Numbered from the stretch's first letter, positions 9,732 through 19,734 are shown. The stretch is 64,000 bases of DNA from an uncultured delta proteobacterium (GCA_963696385.1 CAVOKF010000007.1:1280001-1344000); one strand, 5' to 3'. Numbers and translations: made by a program. Notes: generated from the sequence alone by a model not told the origin.

Positions 9732-10486
9732 GGGCTGAACGTGCCGCGCAGTCCGAGGGTCGCCAGCTCGTGGCCTGCGTGCCCAACATCCGGCAGCGGA
9801 CTGCTCATCGCCGGCGCGCCCGGAACCGTGACCGATTGAGTTCCAGTGTGAACGTTGTATTCGCCGGCACTTGCGCTGATGAACGGACCGACTCCGAACA
9901 TCCGGCCGAAGCGCCAGTCGATGCCGAGAGTGACCGAAACGAACTCCCGACCACGGTCGGTGGCGCTGACGTCCACGCCGGCGGCAGCGGCTGTGTTCGG
10001 AAGGGGCGTCGTGCCGCTGGCGGTCGAATGGAGGATCTCGTAGCCGACCCCGAGGCCTATATAGGGGTCGAACCGCAACGGCCGAAAATGAACCTCTGCC
10101 TCTATACCGACACGCCAGTCTTGCGACGCGCATGAAAAGCCCGCCGGACAGGTCACCGGATCGTTCTTGCGGAAGACGGGCGCGAATTGTCCGTAAATGC
10201 CGGCATAGAACTCGGGCAGGAAGCGCCAACCCAGGTCGAGCTGAATGGGCACCGCGCCGCTCATCGTGTCGGTCAGAGAGACCCCCGAGTACACGACACC
10301 GGCACCCAGGCCGAAACCGACCTTCAGAGCGGCCTGGGGGCCAGGCCGCGCCAAGGACTGTGGCAACCCACCGGCCGGCTGCTCGGCCGGCGCTGGGGCG
10401 CCTCGTTCGTCTGCGTGCGAATCGACGGTGGCCACGAGCGCAGGCAACGCGGACAACGCAACAAGGATCCGCAGCATGGGTTTCAT
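9728..10486 (-). CDS. Outer-membrane beta-barrel protein (small, myxobacterial type)
   Basis: Signal peptide MKPMLRIL..SHA; amphipathic strands (LDLGWRF, FDPYIGLGVGYE, LGLRGTF); Cys-X5-Cys loop. Confidence 0.8.
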   Translation of the reverse strand: MKPMLRILVALSALPALVATVDSHADERGAPAPAEQPAGGLPQSLARPGPQAALKVGFGLGAGVVYSGVSLTDTMSGAVPIQLDLGWRFLPEFYAGIYGQFAPVFRKNDPVTCPAGFSCASQDWRVGIEAEVHFRPLRFDPYIGLGVGYEILHSTASGTTPLPNTAAAAGVDVSATDRGREFVSVTLGIDWRFGRMFGVGPFISASAGEYNVHTGTQSVTVPGAPAMSSPLPDVGHAGHELATLGLRGTFSP

Positions 10487-10798
10487 TGGGAACCTCCGAA
10501 TTCGGGACCTGCCCCTGCTGCAGTGCAAGGATCGAGCTACCGTCGTCCTGCGACGCCGCTCCCTGGGTTGGGGAGTCCGTCACAGTGTCGCGCTGCGCCT
10601 CTATTCGCCATCCTGATGGACTTTGCGCGATCGCGGGCCATCGAGTCCCGCTTGGCCGCCGGAGCGCCCCCTTCGGTCGGGAGTCAATCGATCCACCGGC
10701 AGTCGCTGGACCGGGCGCGATCTCGTTACCTGGGAACGCAAGATTTGCGCTCCACGACGGGGCCGAAAGGGCTTAGCCATGCCCGCGGTGGCCGCCTC

Positions 10799-11011
10799 AT
10801 GGTGATAGAGTCGGCGACCGTGCGACGCGTGTGGCGCTGGCAATGGCTCTTGATCGTGCCGTTCGTCGGCACCCTGTGGGTGCCATTCTACAATGCGATC
10901 GAGCCGCGGATGGGCGGCATCCCGTATTTCTACTGGTACCAGTTCTTATGGGTCGGTATCAGTGCGGCATTGACCGCGATGGTCTACTTCGCGACGCGTG
11001 GTGACCGATGA
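10799..11011 (+). CDS. DUF3311 family small membrane protein
   Basis: LLIVPFVGTLWVPFYN.IEP..GGIPYFYWYQFLW; coupled (ATGA) to the SSS permease. Confidence 0.9.
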   Translation: MVIESATVRRVWRWQWLLIVPFVGTLWVPFYNAIEPRMGGIPYFYWYQFLWVGISAALTAMVYFATRGDR

Positions 11012-12555
11012 ACGGAATCAACACGACCGCACTCGCGGTGTTTGCGGCGCTCTTCGTTCTGGTGACCTTCCTGGGCTTTTTCGCTGCGCGATGGCGACGA
11101 GCGGATCTGCATCAGCTGCACGAGTGGGGTCTCGGTGGCCGGCGCTTTGGAACCTTGGTCACCTGGTTTCTGCTCGGGGGAGACTTGTACACTGCATACA
11201 CGTTCGTCGCGGTGCCGGCGCTCGTGTTCGGCCAGGGGGCCATCGGCTTTTTCGCGATGCCCTACACCATCATCAACTACCCGTTCGTCTTCGTGGTCAT
11301 GCCCCGTCTCTGGAACGTGTCGAGCCGCCATGGGTACATCACCGCGGCCGACTTCGTCCGCGGGCGCTTCGACAGTCCCGCGCTGGCCCTAGCCGTCGCC
11401 GCCACCGGCATACTCGCGACGATGCCGTACATCGCGCTTCAGCTGGTCGGCATCCAAGTCGTCCTCGGCGCAATGGGCATTGAGGGCCGGGGCTGGATGG
11501 CGGAGCTGCCGCTGGTCGGCGCGTTCGTCATCCTTGCGGCATACACGTACCAGAGCGGGTTGCGTGCGCCGGCGCTCATTGCTGTGGTCAAGGACGCAAT
11601 CATTTACGTCACAGTCGCCGCCGCCGTGATGATCATCCCGTCGAAGCTCGGTGGCTACGCGGCGATTTTCGCCGCGGTGCCGCCGGCGAAGCTCATTTTG
11701 ACGCCGCCGAGCCCCGGCACTCTCGGGCAGTCCAGCGCCTACGCGACGCTAGCCCTTGGATCGGCGCTCGCACTGTTTTTGTATCCCCATTCGTTGACCG
11801 GGGTGTTGAGCTCGAGTGGGCCTGCGGTCATCCGGCGCAACACCGCGATGCTTCCAGCGTATTCCTTCTTGCTTGGACTCATCGCGCTACTCGGGTACAT
11901 GGCGATCGCCGACAAGGTCGACCAGATACCCGCGTTCGTGGCCGGCTTTCAGCAATACGGCCCGAACTTTTCGGTCCCCGCACTCTTTCTCCATATGTTC
12001 CCGTCCTGGTTCGTGGGATTCGCGTTCGCGGCAATCGCCATCGGCGCCCTCGTGCCCGCGGCGATCATGTCGATCGCCGCGGCGAACCTGTTTACGCGCA
12101 ACATTTACAAAGAGTTCATACGACCGACGTGCGCCGGCAAGGAGGAGTCCACGGTAGCGAAGATCGCGTCGCTTGCGGTCAAGTTCGGCGCGCTGGTGTT
12201 CATCGTCCTCGTGCCGCAAAAGTACGCCATCCAGCTCCAGCTGCTCGGCGGCGTCTGGATCTTGCAGACGTTCCCTGCCGTCATCGTCGGCCTCTACACA
12301 CGGCGGCTTCACCGCTGGGGCCTTCTCGCCGGTTGGCTCACCGGGATGACGCTGGGTACGTGGATGGCCCGCGAGCTCGCCTTCAAGGCCACTGTGTACC
12401 CGCTGACCATCGGCGGGCTCGTCATCCCTGGATACACGGCCCTTTGGGCCCTCATCGCGAACTTCGCGGTGGCGGCCGCCGTGAGCGCCGCGTTGGGCGC
12501 CGCGGGTGTCGCGAACGGGCAAGATGCGACTCGGGCCGAGGATTACTCGGGCTGA
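11008..12555 (+). CDS. mctP: Sodium:solute symporter, monocarboxylate permease MctP-like
   Basis: EWGLGGRRFG..TWFLLGGDLYTAYTFVAVPA, ATMPYIALQLVG, AANLFTRNIY; ~13 TM. Confidence 0.9.
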   Translation: MNGINTTALAVFAALFVLVTFLGFFAARWRRADLHQLHEWGLGGRRFGTLVTWFLLGGDLYTAYTFVAVPALVFGQGAIGFFAMPYTIINYPFVFVVMPRLWNVSSRHGYITAADFVRGRFDSPALALAVAATGILATMPYIALQLVGIQVVLGAMGIEGRGWMAELPLVGAFVILAAYTYQSGLRAPALIAVVKDAIIYVTVAAAVMIIPSKLGGYAAIFAAVPPAKLILTPPSPGTLGQSSAYATLALGSALALFLYPHSLTGVLSSSGPAVIRRNTAMLPAYSFLLGLIALLGYMAIADKVDQIPAFVAGFQQYGPNFSVPALFLHMFPSWFVGFAFAAIAIGALVPAAIMSIAAANLFTRNIYKEFIRPTCAGKEESTVAKIASLAVKFGALVFIVLVPQKYAIQLQLLGGVWILQTFPAVIVGLYTRRLHRWGLLAGWLTGMTLGTWMARELAFKATVYPLTIGGLVIPGYTALWALIANFAVAAAVSAALGAAGVANGQDATRAEDYSG

Positions 12556-12602
12556 ACGGACCCGCGTGGGCGGCGCCGATCGCCCAGCGGCAGCCCATCC
12601 CT

Positions 12603-12935
12603 TCAGCGCGACCGGAAGATGAAGTAGGCGGCGCCGACGATGCAGAGCCCGGCCCAGAGGTAGTCGAGCTTGGGCGCTTCCTTCATATAGACGATCGAAA
12701 AGGGCACGAAGACCGAGAGCGTGATCATCTCCTGCGTGATTTTGAGCTGACCCAGCGAGAACCGACCGTAACCGATGCGGTTCGCGGGAACCTGAAGCGC
12801 GTACTCGAAGAACGCGACCCCCCAACTCGCAAGGACCGCTACGTACCACGGGGCCGACCGCAGCGTTCGCAGATGGCCGTACCACGCGTACGTCATGAAG
12901 AGGTTCGAGCCCACGAGAAGCAAGACCGTTTTCAT
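12603..12935 (-). CDS. DMT family protein (DUF486)
   Basis: SNLFMTYAWYGHL, SWGVAFFEY.LQVPANRIG, QLKITQEMITL. Confidence 0.93.
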   Translation of the reverse strand: MKTVLLLVGSNLFMTYAWYGHLRTLRSAPWYVAVLASWGVAFFEYALQVPANRIGYGRFSLGQLKITQEMITLSVFVPFSIVYMKEAPKLDYLWAGLCIVGAAYFIFRSR

Positions 12936-13072
12936 GACAAAATCCCTATTCGATTCATCGTCGAGCGACGAGCGGAACGAGCGACCCCTGCCCCGGAGGC
13001 GCCCCGCATCGACAGATTGGCCTCCCGGAAAGCCTGGCGGGCGGCCGCGACGGGCGGTAGCGTCCGGACCCC

Positions 13073-13321
13073 ATGTCCGACGAAGACCTCAAGGCCGAAC
13101 TCGAACGTCTGCGCGTCGAGAACGAGCGCCTCAAGAAGCGCGGGCAGCGAACGACGTCGCTCAAGGTCTCGGAGAAGGGCGGCGTCTCGCTCTACGGACT
13201 TGGGCGCTTCCCGGTGACGCTCTACAAGGAGCAGTGGGCGAAACTGCTCGACATGGGCGACGCGATTCGCGCGTTCATCAAGGAGAACGAGGCGAAGTTG
13301 AAGTCGAAGGGCGACGAATAA
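13073..13321 (+). CDS. Small hypothetical protein (coiled coil + KVSEKG..YGLGRFPVTLY domain)
   Basis: 82 aa, clean high-GC3 codon usage, N-terminal heptads, motif-like core LKVSEKGGVSLYGLGRFPVTLYKEQW. Confidence 0.85.
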   Translation: MSDEDLKAELERLRVENERLKKRGQRTTSLKVSEKGGVSLYGLGRFPVTLYKEQWAKLLDMGDAIRAFIKENEAKLKSKGDE

Positions 13322-13348
13322 CCAAAACGCCCGGAATCGTCGGGTCAA

Positions 13349-13470
13349 GGTCGGATGGCCGTGACGCTCGGGTCGGATGGCCTAACGGTCGGACACTCGA
13401 GGTTGCGCTTTTTTCGGGCCAGGGTCGGATCGTCCGTGACGGTCGCGCACTCGAGGTTGCGCTTTTTTCG
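13349..13470. repeat. Degenerate tandem direct repeats upstream of P450
   Basis: CACTCGAGGTTGCGCTTTTTTCG exact at 13394-13416 and 13448-13470; GGTCGGAT also occurs three times. Confidence 0.85.
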
Positions 13471-13527
13471 ACTCCGAGCAGGACAGGTGCTGTCCCCGCG
13501 GCGGCCGGGTGCTTAGCATCGCGGGCG

Positions 13528-14874
13528 ATGCTACCGCCCGGCTCGTGGACTCCCGCTTTCTGGCAGACGTATCGCTTCTTGACCGCTCCGCGCGAGTACT
13601 CGAAGACCATTTCCACCCGTTACGGCAAAATCAGCCGCTTCCGGGGTCTCAACGGTCACGGCGTCGCCATCGCCGACCCCGAACTGGCTCGTGCAGTGTT
13701 CGCGGCCGAACCCGACACGTTCGAGACGGCGCCCGTGCTCACCGACATTTTTGGATCCCACTCGGTCATCGCGGTGTCGGGGCCGAAGCACAAGGGTCAG
13801 CGCAAGCTGTTGAACCCTCGCTTCCACGGTGTACGAATAAAGGCCTATCTCCAGGTGATGCAAAGGGTCGTCCGGGACCACCTGGAGGGATGGCAAAGAG
13901 CGCGCGAGGACGGTAGCGTCGTCGTCGTCCACGATCTGGCGCAAGCCCTCACGCTGGACGTCATCATCGAGACCGTGTTCGGCGACAGCCTGGGCGGAGA
14001 GCGCTCGTCCGCGCGAGAGATCGTGCGGGATCTCATGGGTGCGCTCTCGCCGACCTTCGTTGCCGCCCGAGCCTTGCGCTCTTCGCTGTATCCCCCGTGG
14101 CGCACCTTTGTGCGCCGCCGCGCGGCCTTCGACGGGTGGGTCGATCGCATGACGTTCGATCGGCGCGCGCGGGGGGACCTGGGCACCGACATCCTGGGAC
14201 TTCTGCTCGAAGCTCGGTACGACGACGGCGCCAGCATGCCCGACGTCGAGATCCGCGACCAGCTCATGACACTGCTCCTGGCGGGCTACGAAACAACCGC
14301 CATCGCCTTCGCTTGGGGCGTGTACTGGCTGCTGCGCGAGCCATCCACGCTCGAACTCCTGCGGCGGTCGATCGACGATCTCGGACCGGACCCGTCGCTC
14401 GAAGCTCTGGTGCGCCTGCCCTACCTGCAAGCCGTCATCGCCGAGACCTTGCGCGTCGAGCCGATTGTGACCGACGTCGGGCGGATCTGCCACGTGCCGC
14501 TCGAAATAGGCCCCTTCACCATTCCGGCGGGTGAGCTCGCCATTGTCAACGTGAGCGCAATCCTGGCCGATCCTGATCTGTTCCCGGAGCCGCATCGGTT
14601 TCGCCCGGACCGGTTCCTCGGTCGGGGCTTCCACGCCGGTGAGTTCATGCCGTTCGGAGGCGGAAGTCGGCGCTGTCTCGGCGCCGCGTTCGCCGAGTCC
14701 GAACTCGCGATTGCCCTTGCCGCCGTGGCCGCCGACTGGGAACTGGTCCTCGCAGACGACAGGCCTGAGGAGGCGGTTCGGCGCAACATCACCATGGGCC
14801 CGAAGCGCGGCGTCCGCGTTCGTGTGTTGGGACGGCGTGTCGTGCCGCGAGGAGGATCCGCCATCGCAGGCTGA
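13528..14874 (+). CDS. Cytochrome P450 (CYP110-like)
   Basis: LLAGYETTA I-helix, ETLR, FRPDRF, FMPFGGGSRRCLG heme motif. Confidence 0.96.
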   Translation: MLPPGSWTPAFWQTYRFLTAPREYSKTISTRYGKISRFRGLNGHGVAIADPELARAVFAAEPDTFETAPVLTDIFGSHSVIAVSGPKHKGQRKLLNPRFHGVRIKAYLQVMQRVVRDHLEGWQRAREDGSVVVVHDLAQALTLDVIIETVFGDSLGGERSSAREIVRDLMGALSPTFVAARALRSSLYPPWRTFVRRRAAFDGWVDRMTFDRRARGDLGTDILGLLLEARYDDGASMPDVEIRDQLMTLLLAGYETTAIAFAWGVYWLLREPSTLELLRRSIDDLGPDPSLEALVRLPYLQAVIAETLRVEPIVTDVGRICHVPLEIGPFTIPAGELAIVNVSAILADPDLFPEPHRFRPDRFLGRGFHAGEFMPFGGGSRRCLGAAFAESELAIALAAVAADWELVLADDRPEEAVRRNITMGPKRGVRVRVLGRRVVPRGGSAIAG

Positions 14875-14911
14875 CGCGAGCCGAGGACCTCGATTCCGCG
14901 GAATGGAAGGG

Positions 14912-15610
14912 TCACCCCTTGCGTTTCGAGTAACCGACCGTTTGCGCGAACAGCACATGCTGCTGGGGACGCAGGTTCAGCTTCCGGGACAGACCGGCTC
15001 GATCGCAGTTGTGAAACCACGCGGCGAGCCCTTGCGACGCGGCGAACAGATACACGTTGCCGGCGATGAGCCCCGTGTCGACGTAGTAGTAGGACTTCTG
15101 CACCTCGGGATCGTGCAGCCCCGGCTCCTGAAAGCCGGACGTGTGAGTCAGTCGTTCGATGTCGACGACGTAGAGCAGTTGGGCCGGCGCCTTCATGGCG
15201 ACGTTCTTCTGGCCGGGGCCGATGGCCATCGTGCGCAGATCGCTTGCCACGATGGGAAGCAATCGGTGCTCGCGAGCGTCAAAGAGGTAGACGCCCTGCT
15301 CCAGGGCGACGTAGAGCTCGATCTCCTGTGAGTTGCTCGCGGACGCGGCCGTGATTCCGAGAGCGCCAAAGGGACCTCTCCGCCGATTGACTCCGCACGC
15401 TGCCCAGAGCAGGTTCGAGAGCAACTGGATCGGCATTTTCCTGTCGCTGATCTCGCGCATCGTCTGGCGTCGTCGCAACGATTGAGGCAGCGACTTGCCG
15501 GTGCGGATCTTGGGCGTTGGGAGATCGATCGGCGCAGGGGCCCGTGACGAGGGTCGATGGCGGCGAGTCGCATTCGCCTCGTGTCTAGGTGGCAAGGTCT
15601 TTTCCGGCAT
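14912..15610 (-). CDS. Nitroreductase family protein (SagB/ThcOx-like)
   Basis: SLRRRQTMRE, LSNLLWAACGVNR, TAASASNSQEI, DTGLIAGNVYLFAASQGL, FAQTVGY; start uncertain. Confidence 0.9.
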   Translation of the reverse strand: MPEKTLPPRHEANATRRHRPSSRAPAPIDLPTPKIRTGKSLPQSLRRRQTMREISDRKMPIQLLSNLLWAACGVNRRRGPFGALGITAASASNSQEIELYVALEQGVYLFDAREHRLLPIVASDLRTMAIGPGQKNVAMKAPAQLLYVVDIERLTHTSGFQEPGLHDPEVQKSYYYVDTGLIAGNVYLFAASQGLAAWFHNCDRAGLSRKLNLRPQQHVLFAQTVGYSKRKG

Positions 15611-15659
15611 CGGGGCATTCCCTTTCGTGCGCACGGCCCGCAAATCGCCGAAGCCGCTT

Positions 15660-16223
15660 TCAGCGATCCCACCAGGCGATCTTCGGGTCCGCACGCGGGA
15701 CCGGCGCGGGGATCGCGCTCGCGTAGCCGACGATGAGCGGTGCCACGGCGACTCCATTCGCCGGCAAGCCGATCTGCGCTTTGACTTCCGGAGTGTTCAG
15801 CAGGGCCACCGCAAGTCCGATGCAGCAGGTGCCGAGTCCGCCCTCGCAGGCGGCGAGCATGAGATTGCCTGCCGCGAGCCAGCAATCCGCGTCGGTGTAA
15901 GGACCGCGCTCGGCCGCGCCGATGACGACGAGCGTGCTCGCGTTGTAAAATATGTTGAACGCCGGATTCCGAAGCCGGTCCTCGTAGTGCTTCGCTTTCG
16001 GATCTCCCGCGGCCTGTTCCAGAAGTAGACTCTTGGCGCGGTCGGAATAGCGCTTCAGGCTCGCGACGTTCTGAACGACCGAAAAGAGCCACGGCTGTCG
16101 ATTCATCGCACTGGGCGCCTGCACCGCGGCCCGTAAGAGCGTTCGAAGGGTCGCTTCATCGACCTTGCGCAGCGCGTAGTCACGGACGGCCCTTCGCCCA
16201 AAAATGGCTTCGGTGAGATTCAT
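15660..16223 (-). CDS. Nitroreductase family protein
   Basis: RRAVRDY, APSAMNRQPW, DCWLAAGNLMLAA..GLGTCCIG. Confidence 0.93.
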   Translation of the reverse strand: MNLTEAIFGRRAVRDYALRKVDEATLRTLLRAAVQAPSAMNRQPWLFSVVQNVASLKRYSDRAKSLLLEQAAGDPKAKHYEDRLRNPAFNIFYNASTLVVIGAAERGPYTDADCWLAAGNLMLAACEGGLGTCCIGLAVALLNTPEVKAQIGLPANGVAVAPLIVGYASAIPAPVPRADPKIAWWDR

Positions 16224-17262
16224 GGTGTCGCTTGGAGAGCAACGCTCGTGCCCGTCCGCGCCGCGCATCGCCCACGTGCTGGGCTCGCAGGGTCCTTGCG
16301 CCGAGGCCTGCCCTCGAGGGTCGGCCTAAAACGGCGGCCGGCGCGCGGTCACCGTCACGCGCGACGGTCGTCGGCCGTACCACGTGCAGATCGCCCCTGC
16401 AGGGGCGCGGTGTGCGTGCCCACCGCAGGGGCGCGATGTGCGCCGGGCAAGCAAGCCTTGCCGACTCCATGCGAACGTTTCGGCACGCACCGCTGTCGGG
16501 CGCGAGCGCAAGCTTTGCACCGCCGGAACGCAAGAGGTGCGGCAACGCAAAGCTTCAGCTCCTTCGCTTGCTGCGCGCAGTCCGTCCGATGGGCTTTGAC
16601 ACCGCGGCCCGTGCCCGCCCGTCGGCCGCCGTCAGAACAGCGCGAGCGTCTTTCCCTTCGGAAGCTCCGCCGCCGGATCGCTCACCCGCTCGATGAGCTT
16701 GGGTTCGTCGTTTCGGACGCTGTTCACGGCGAAGCTCACGGGGTAGCAGGTCAGCCCGTCCGCCGTCGCCCCTGCAAGGATCGGGCGGGCGTCCTTCACG
16801 CTCGAGTCGAGCCAAGCCGCGAAGCTGTCGGGCGCAAGGACGACGGGCATGCGGTCGTGCAAGGTGGCCACGACCCCTTGCGACGGCGCCGTGATGATCG
16901 CGCACCCGCCGGTCGAGTCATAGATGCCGGCCATCGCCATCGGCGCTTTGTCCCGGCGTACGATGAGATACGGGAACTTCTTCCCACCGAGCGAGCGCCA
17001 TTCGTAGAAGCCATCCACGACCACGAGGCAGCGGTTGTCGCGAACCTTGTCCCGGTAGATGGGCTTGGTCAGCGACTCCACTCGCGCGTTGATGCCGGCC
17101 ATGCGTGGGTCGGGCATCCTGAGGCCCCAGCGCAGCAGTTCGAGGTGACGGGGATGGCGAATGACCGGGATCGCTTCGCTGGGCGCCAGGTTGTATCGGT
17201 CGCAAAGGTCGTCGGCAACCGACTCGAGGTCGAACACTTGCTTTAGAGCCTCGGCGGGGCTA

Positions 17263-18457
17263 GTACCCCGATTCTACGGAATGGAAGGGTAGAGGCGGCG
17301 CAGCTTGATGCGTGCGTCCGCCGTGGTGAAGCGCCAGTTGACCTTGCGGTCGGGTCGCGAAGCCTGCCACGCGGAGACGATCGTGTGGAGCGCGCCGATG
17401 CTGCCGACGCGCTGGTCGAGACACTGTATCGATAGGGTCGAGAGGAAGATTTCGGCGACGTTGAGCCAACTGCCGTGCTTGGGGGTGTGGTGAACCTCGA
17501 ACCTCTCGACCAGACGACGAGCCTCTTTGGGCGCGAATGCTTCGTACAGGCACGAAAGATCGTGGATGTTGAGGTTGTCCATGACCAAGACGATGACGGT
17601 CGCGGTTGCGTAGGTCTCGTCGGACAGGCGGGCTAAGAAATGCGCCATGTCGACGGCCGTGCGTCGCTCGGTCACTTCGACGACGGATTGCCCGGTCAGC
17701 GGTTCCACGGCAGCGAAGATGTTGGCTGTGCCGCACCGCTTGTATTCGTCATCGACGCGGGCCGGTGTGCCGGGGCTCGCAGGAACGGGCTGGCGGGTGT
17801 GCTCGAGCAACTGCTTGCTGGTCTCGTCGAGACAGACCTGCGGCCGGTCCGGATCATAGGGTCGATGGTAAACGTCGAGCACATCCTCCATGCACTTTAC
17901 GAACGCCGCGTTTTCCTCAGGCGGAATGCAGAAGCGCTCTACAAGCCAGGGCTTGATTTCGTTTTTTTTAGACCGCGCTGGACCGTGCTCGGGCTGACGG
18001 AGTCGAACACCTTCAGCTCGACGAGTCGGTCCGCGAGAAGCGAGATGGTCCACCGTGCCCGCCCTGCGGGCGGCTCACTGCAAGCGATCTGAACCAGCCG
18101 CGCCTCCGAGGCCCCGTCGAGCTTTCGCGGCCGCGACGGGGTGTCTTGGGGCTTGCGCTCCAGGCACGCTTCGACGCCGCGCTCGCAGCAGCGCTTGCGC
18201 ACGCGCTCCACCGTGACGAGCCCGGCCTCCAAGTCGTCCGAGATTTCCTGATCGGTCAGCCCTTCGTCGGCTTTCAGCAAAATGCTTGCGCGAAGCCTTT
18301 TCAGGCCCGAGACGCGCTCACGCTTCACGAGCTGCGTCAGCGCCGCCCGCTCGTCCACCGTCAGATTCACTACGTAGCGCTTTTTCATGGCCCACCATGG
18401 AGCACGCCCTCGTCGCCATGGAAAGCAAAACCCGTCGCGTCAATGGATTCGAGGTAC
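17263..18457 (-). mobile_element. IS630-family insertion sequence (~1195 bp)
   Basis: Flanked by TA within CTAG at 17261-62 and 18458-59; imperfect terminal IRs GTACCCCGATTCTA / GTACCTCGAATCCA. Confidence 0.93.
17274..18388 (-). CDS. IS630 transposase (orfA 17939-18388 + orfB, joined by -1 frameshift)
   Basis: HTH orfA (PPAGRARWTI.LLA); DDE orfB (CLDET, VMDNL, HHTPKHGSWLNVAE); A8 run at 17962-17969 gives LKKNEIKPW. Confidence 0.93.
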
Positions 18458-18600
18458 TAGTCCGGATGACGCGACCGCACATTCTTCAAACCTACTCACC
18501 GCCGCGCCTTCGCGCACTCCGGGGTAGACCGGCGCCGGATAGACTGCCCCTACGTTCAGGTCAACGGCGCGCCCTTCCGGCCCGCCGCGGCTCGAAGGCA

Positions 18601-19734
18601 TTAGCGCGCCTCAAGAAACCGCTCGATCTCCTCGGCACGAGCGATCGTGTCCTCGTATCCGAGATCGAGAAGACGCGACGTGTACGTGCCGTCGAAGGCG
18701 AGATAGCTGAGCAGATCCCATCCCGCGTGCTCCGACGCACCGAGACCGCGAAACAGGTGCCGTACCGGCGCCGGGATGCGATCGATGACCCTGAGCACGA
18801 GCGCGGCGGGGTCGACGGACGGACGCAACAACAACACCGAGACAGGATGCAGCGCGGTGAAGTGTCCCTCGAGCAGCGCAGGGGGTACCAGAGAGAGCGT
18901 GTGGTTGATGCGCTCGGTGCGCTCGATGTCGGCTTCCAGCGCGTCGAGAAACAGCGCGTCGAGCAGCATCCCGGCGGTCGCGGCGGGCGACGGATGCTGC
19001 GAGCCGAGCGGACGGGACGCAGGCGCGGCAGCTCGTACCGCCACCGCGATCACTCGGTCGCCGCCCAGGCGAATCGCTGGGCTCAGCGGCGTCGTCAGGC
19101 GTATGCACCCGTCCGCGTACCAAGCGCCGTCGATGTCCACGGCGGGAAAAAACAGGGGGATCGCCGCGGACGCGAGCACGTGACGCACCTCGATCCGCTG
19201 GCGAGTTCCCACCCGAGTGACACGGTTCCACGGCTCGATCGAGCTTGCCCCTTCGAAAAATGTGACGGCGTCGCCGGACCCATAATTCGTCGCGGTGATT
19301 CCGATGCCGTGGACACGGCCGGCCGTCACCTGGTGACTCAGTGCGCGGGCGTCGAAGTGACGCTCGATCAGGACGCGAAGGGGAGAGGTGTCGAGCAATG
19401 CGGTTCCATGGCCGGGTCCGATCCACCCGCCCAGACTCAGATCCGCGAGCCACGCTGCGGCGGTTTTTGCGATCGTCGGCGAGTCCGTACGATAGACGTC
19501 GTGCGCAGACAGAGTGGTCCAGAGGTCCGCCAAATCGCGTGCTGCAGCGGGGAACTCGTCGGCCCGAGATGCAAGGTACGCCGCACTGATGCTTCCCGCC
19601 GAGGAGCCCGCCAGTACGGCAAAGGGGAGCACCCGCTGCCGGGTGATCTCGGCTATGGCGAGCACTGCGCCAGCTTGGTAGGCGCCACGAGCGCCGCCGC
19701 CCGTAAGGACGATCGCTGTTCTTCCTCCGCTCAT
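18601..19734 (-). CDS. Patatin-like phospholipase
   Basis: LTGGGARGAYQAG, GSSAG nucleophile, ASAAIP, DGC. Confidence 0.93.
   Translation of the reverse strand: MSGGRTAIVLTGGGARGAYQAGAVLAIAEITRQRVLPFAVLAGSSAGSISAAYLASRADEFPAAARDLADLWTTLSAHDVYRTDSPTIAKTAAAWLADLSLGGWIGPGHGTALLDTSPLRVLIERHFDARALSHQVTAGRVHGIGITATNYGSGDAVTFFEGASSIEPWNRVTRVGTRQRIEVRHVLASAAIPLFFPAVDIDGAWYADGCIRLTTPLSPAIRLGGDRVIAVAVRAAAPASRPLGSQHPSPAATAGMLLDALFLDALEADIERTERINHTLSLVPPALLEGHFTALHPVSVLLLRPSVDPAALVLRVIDRIPAPVRHLFRGLGASEHAGWDLLSYLAFDGTYTSRLLDLGYEDTIARAEEIERFLEAR

Larger units (their letters stand above)
16632..18482 (-). pseudogene. yedK: SOS response-associated peptidase (SRAP/YedK), interrupted by IS630
   Basis: MCGRVIRTS at 18482-18458 joins in frame with PAEALKQVFDL..RYNLAPS..INARVE..DGFYEW..HDRMP..VNSVRN beyond the IS. 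Confidence 0.93.

Noticed and set aside
9732..10583. N-terminal ~280 aa of the 836-aa acyltransferase ORF
   Set aside because: Alternative-frame read-through of the beta-barrel gene; a coupled GTG at 9731 is the better start
13349..13470. Mini-CRISPR array
   Set aside because: Only two exact repeats, intervening sequence resembles the flanks, no cas genes
12895..13527. N-terminal extension of the 659-aa P450 ORF
   Set aside because: Overlaps two real genes and the repeat region; P450 similarity starts at MLPPG (13528)
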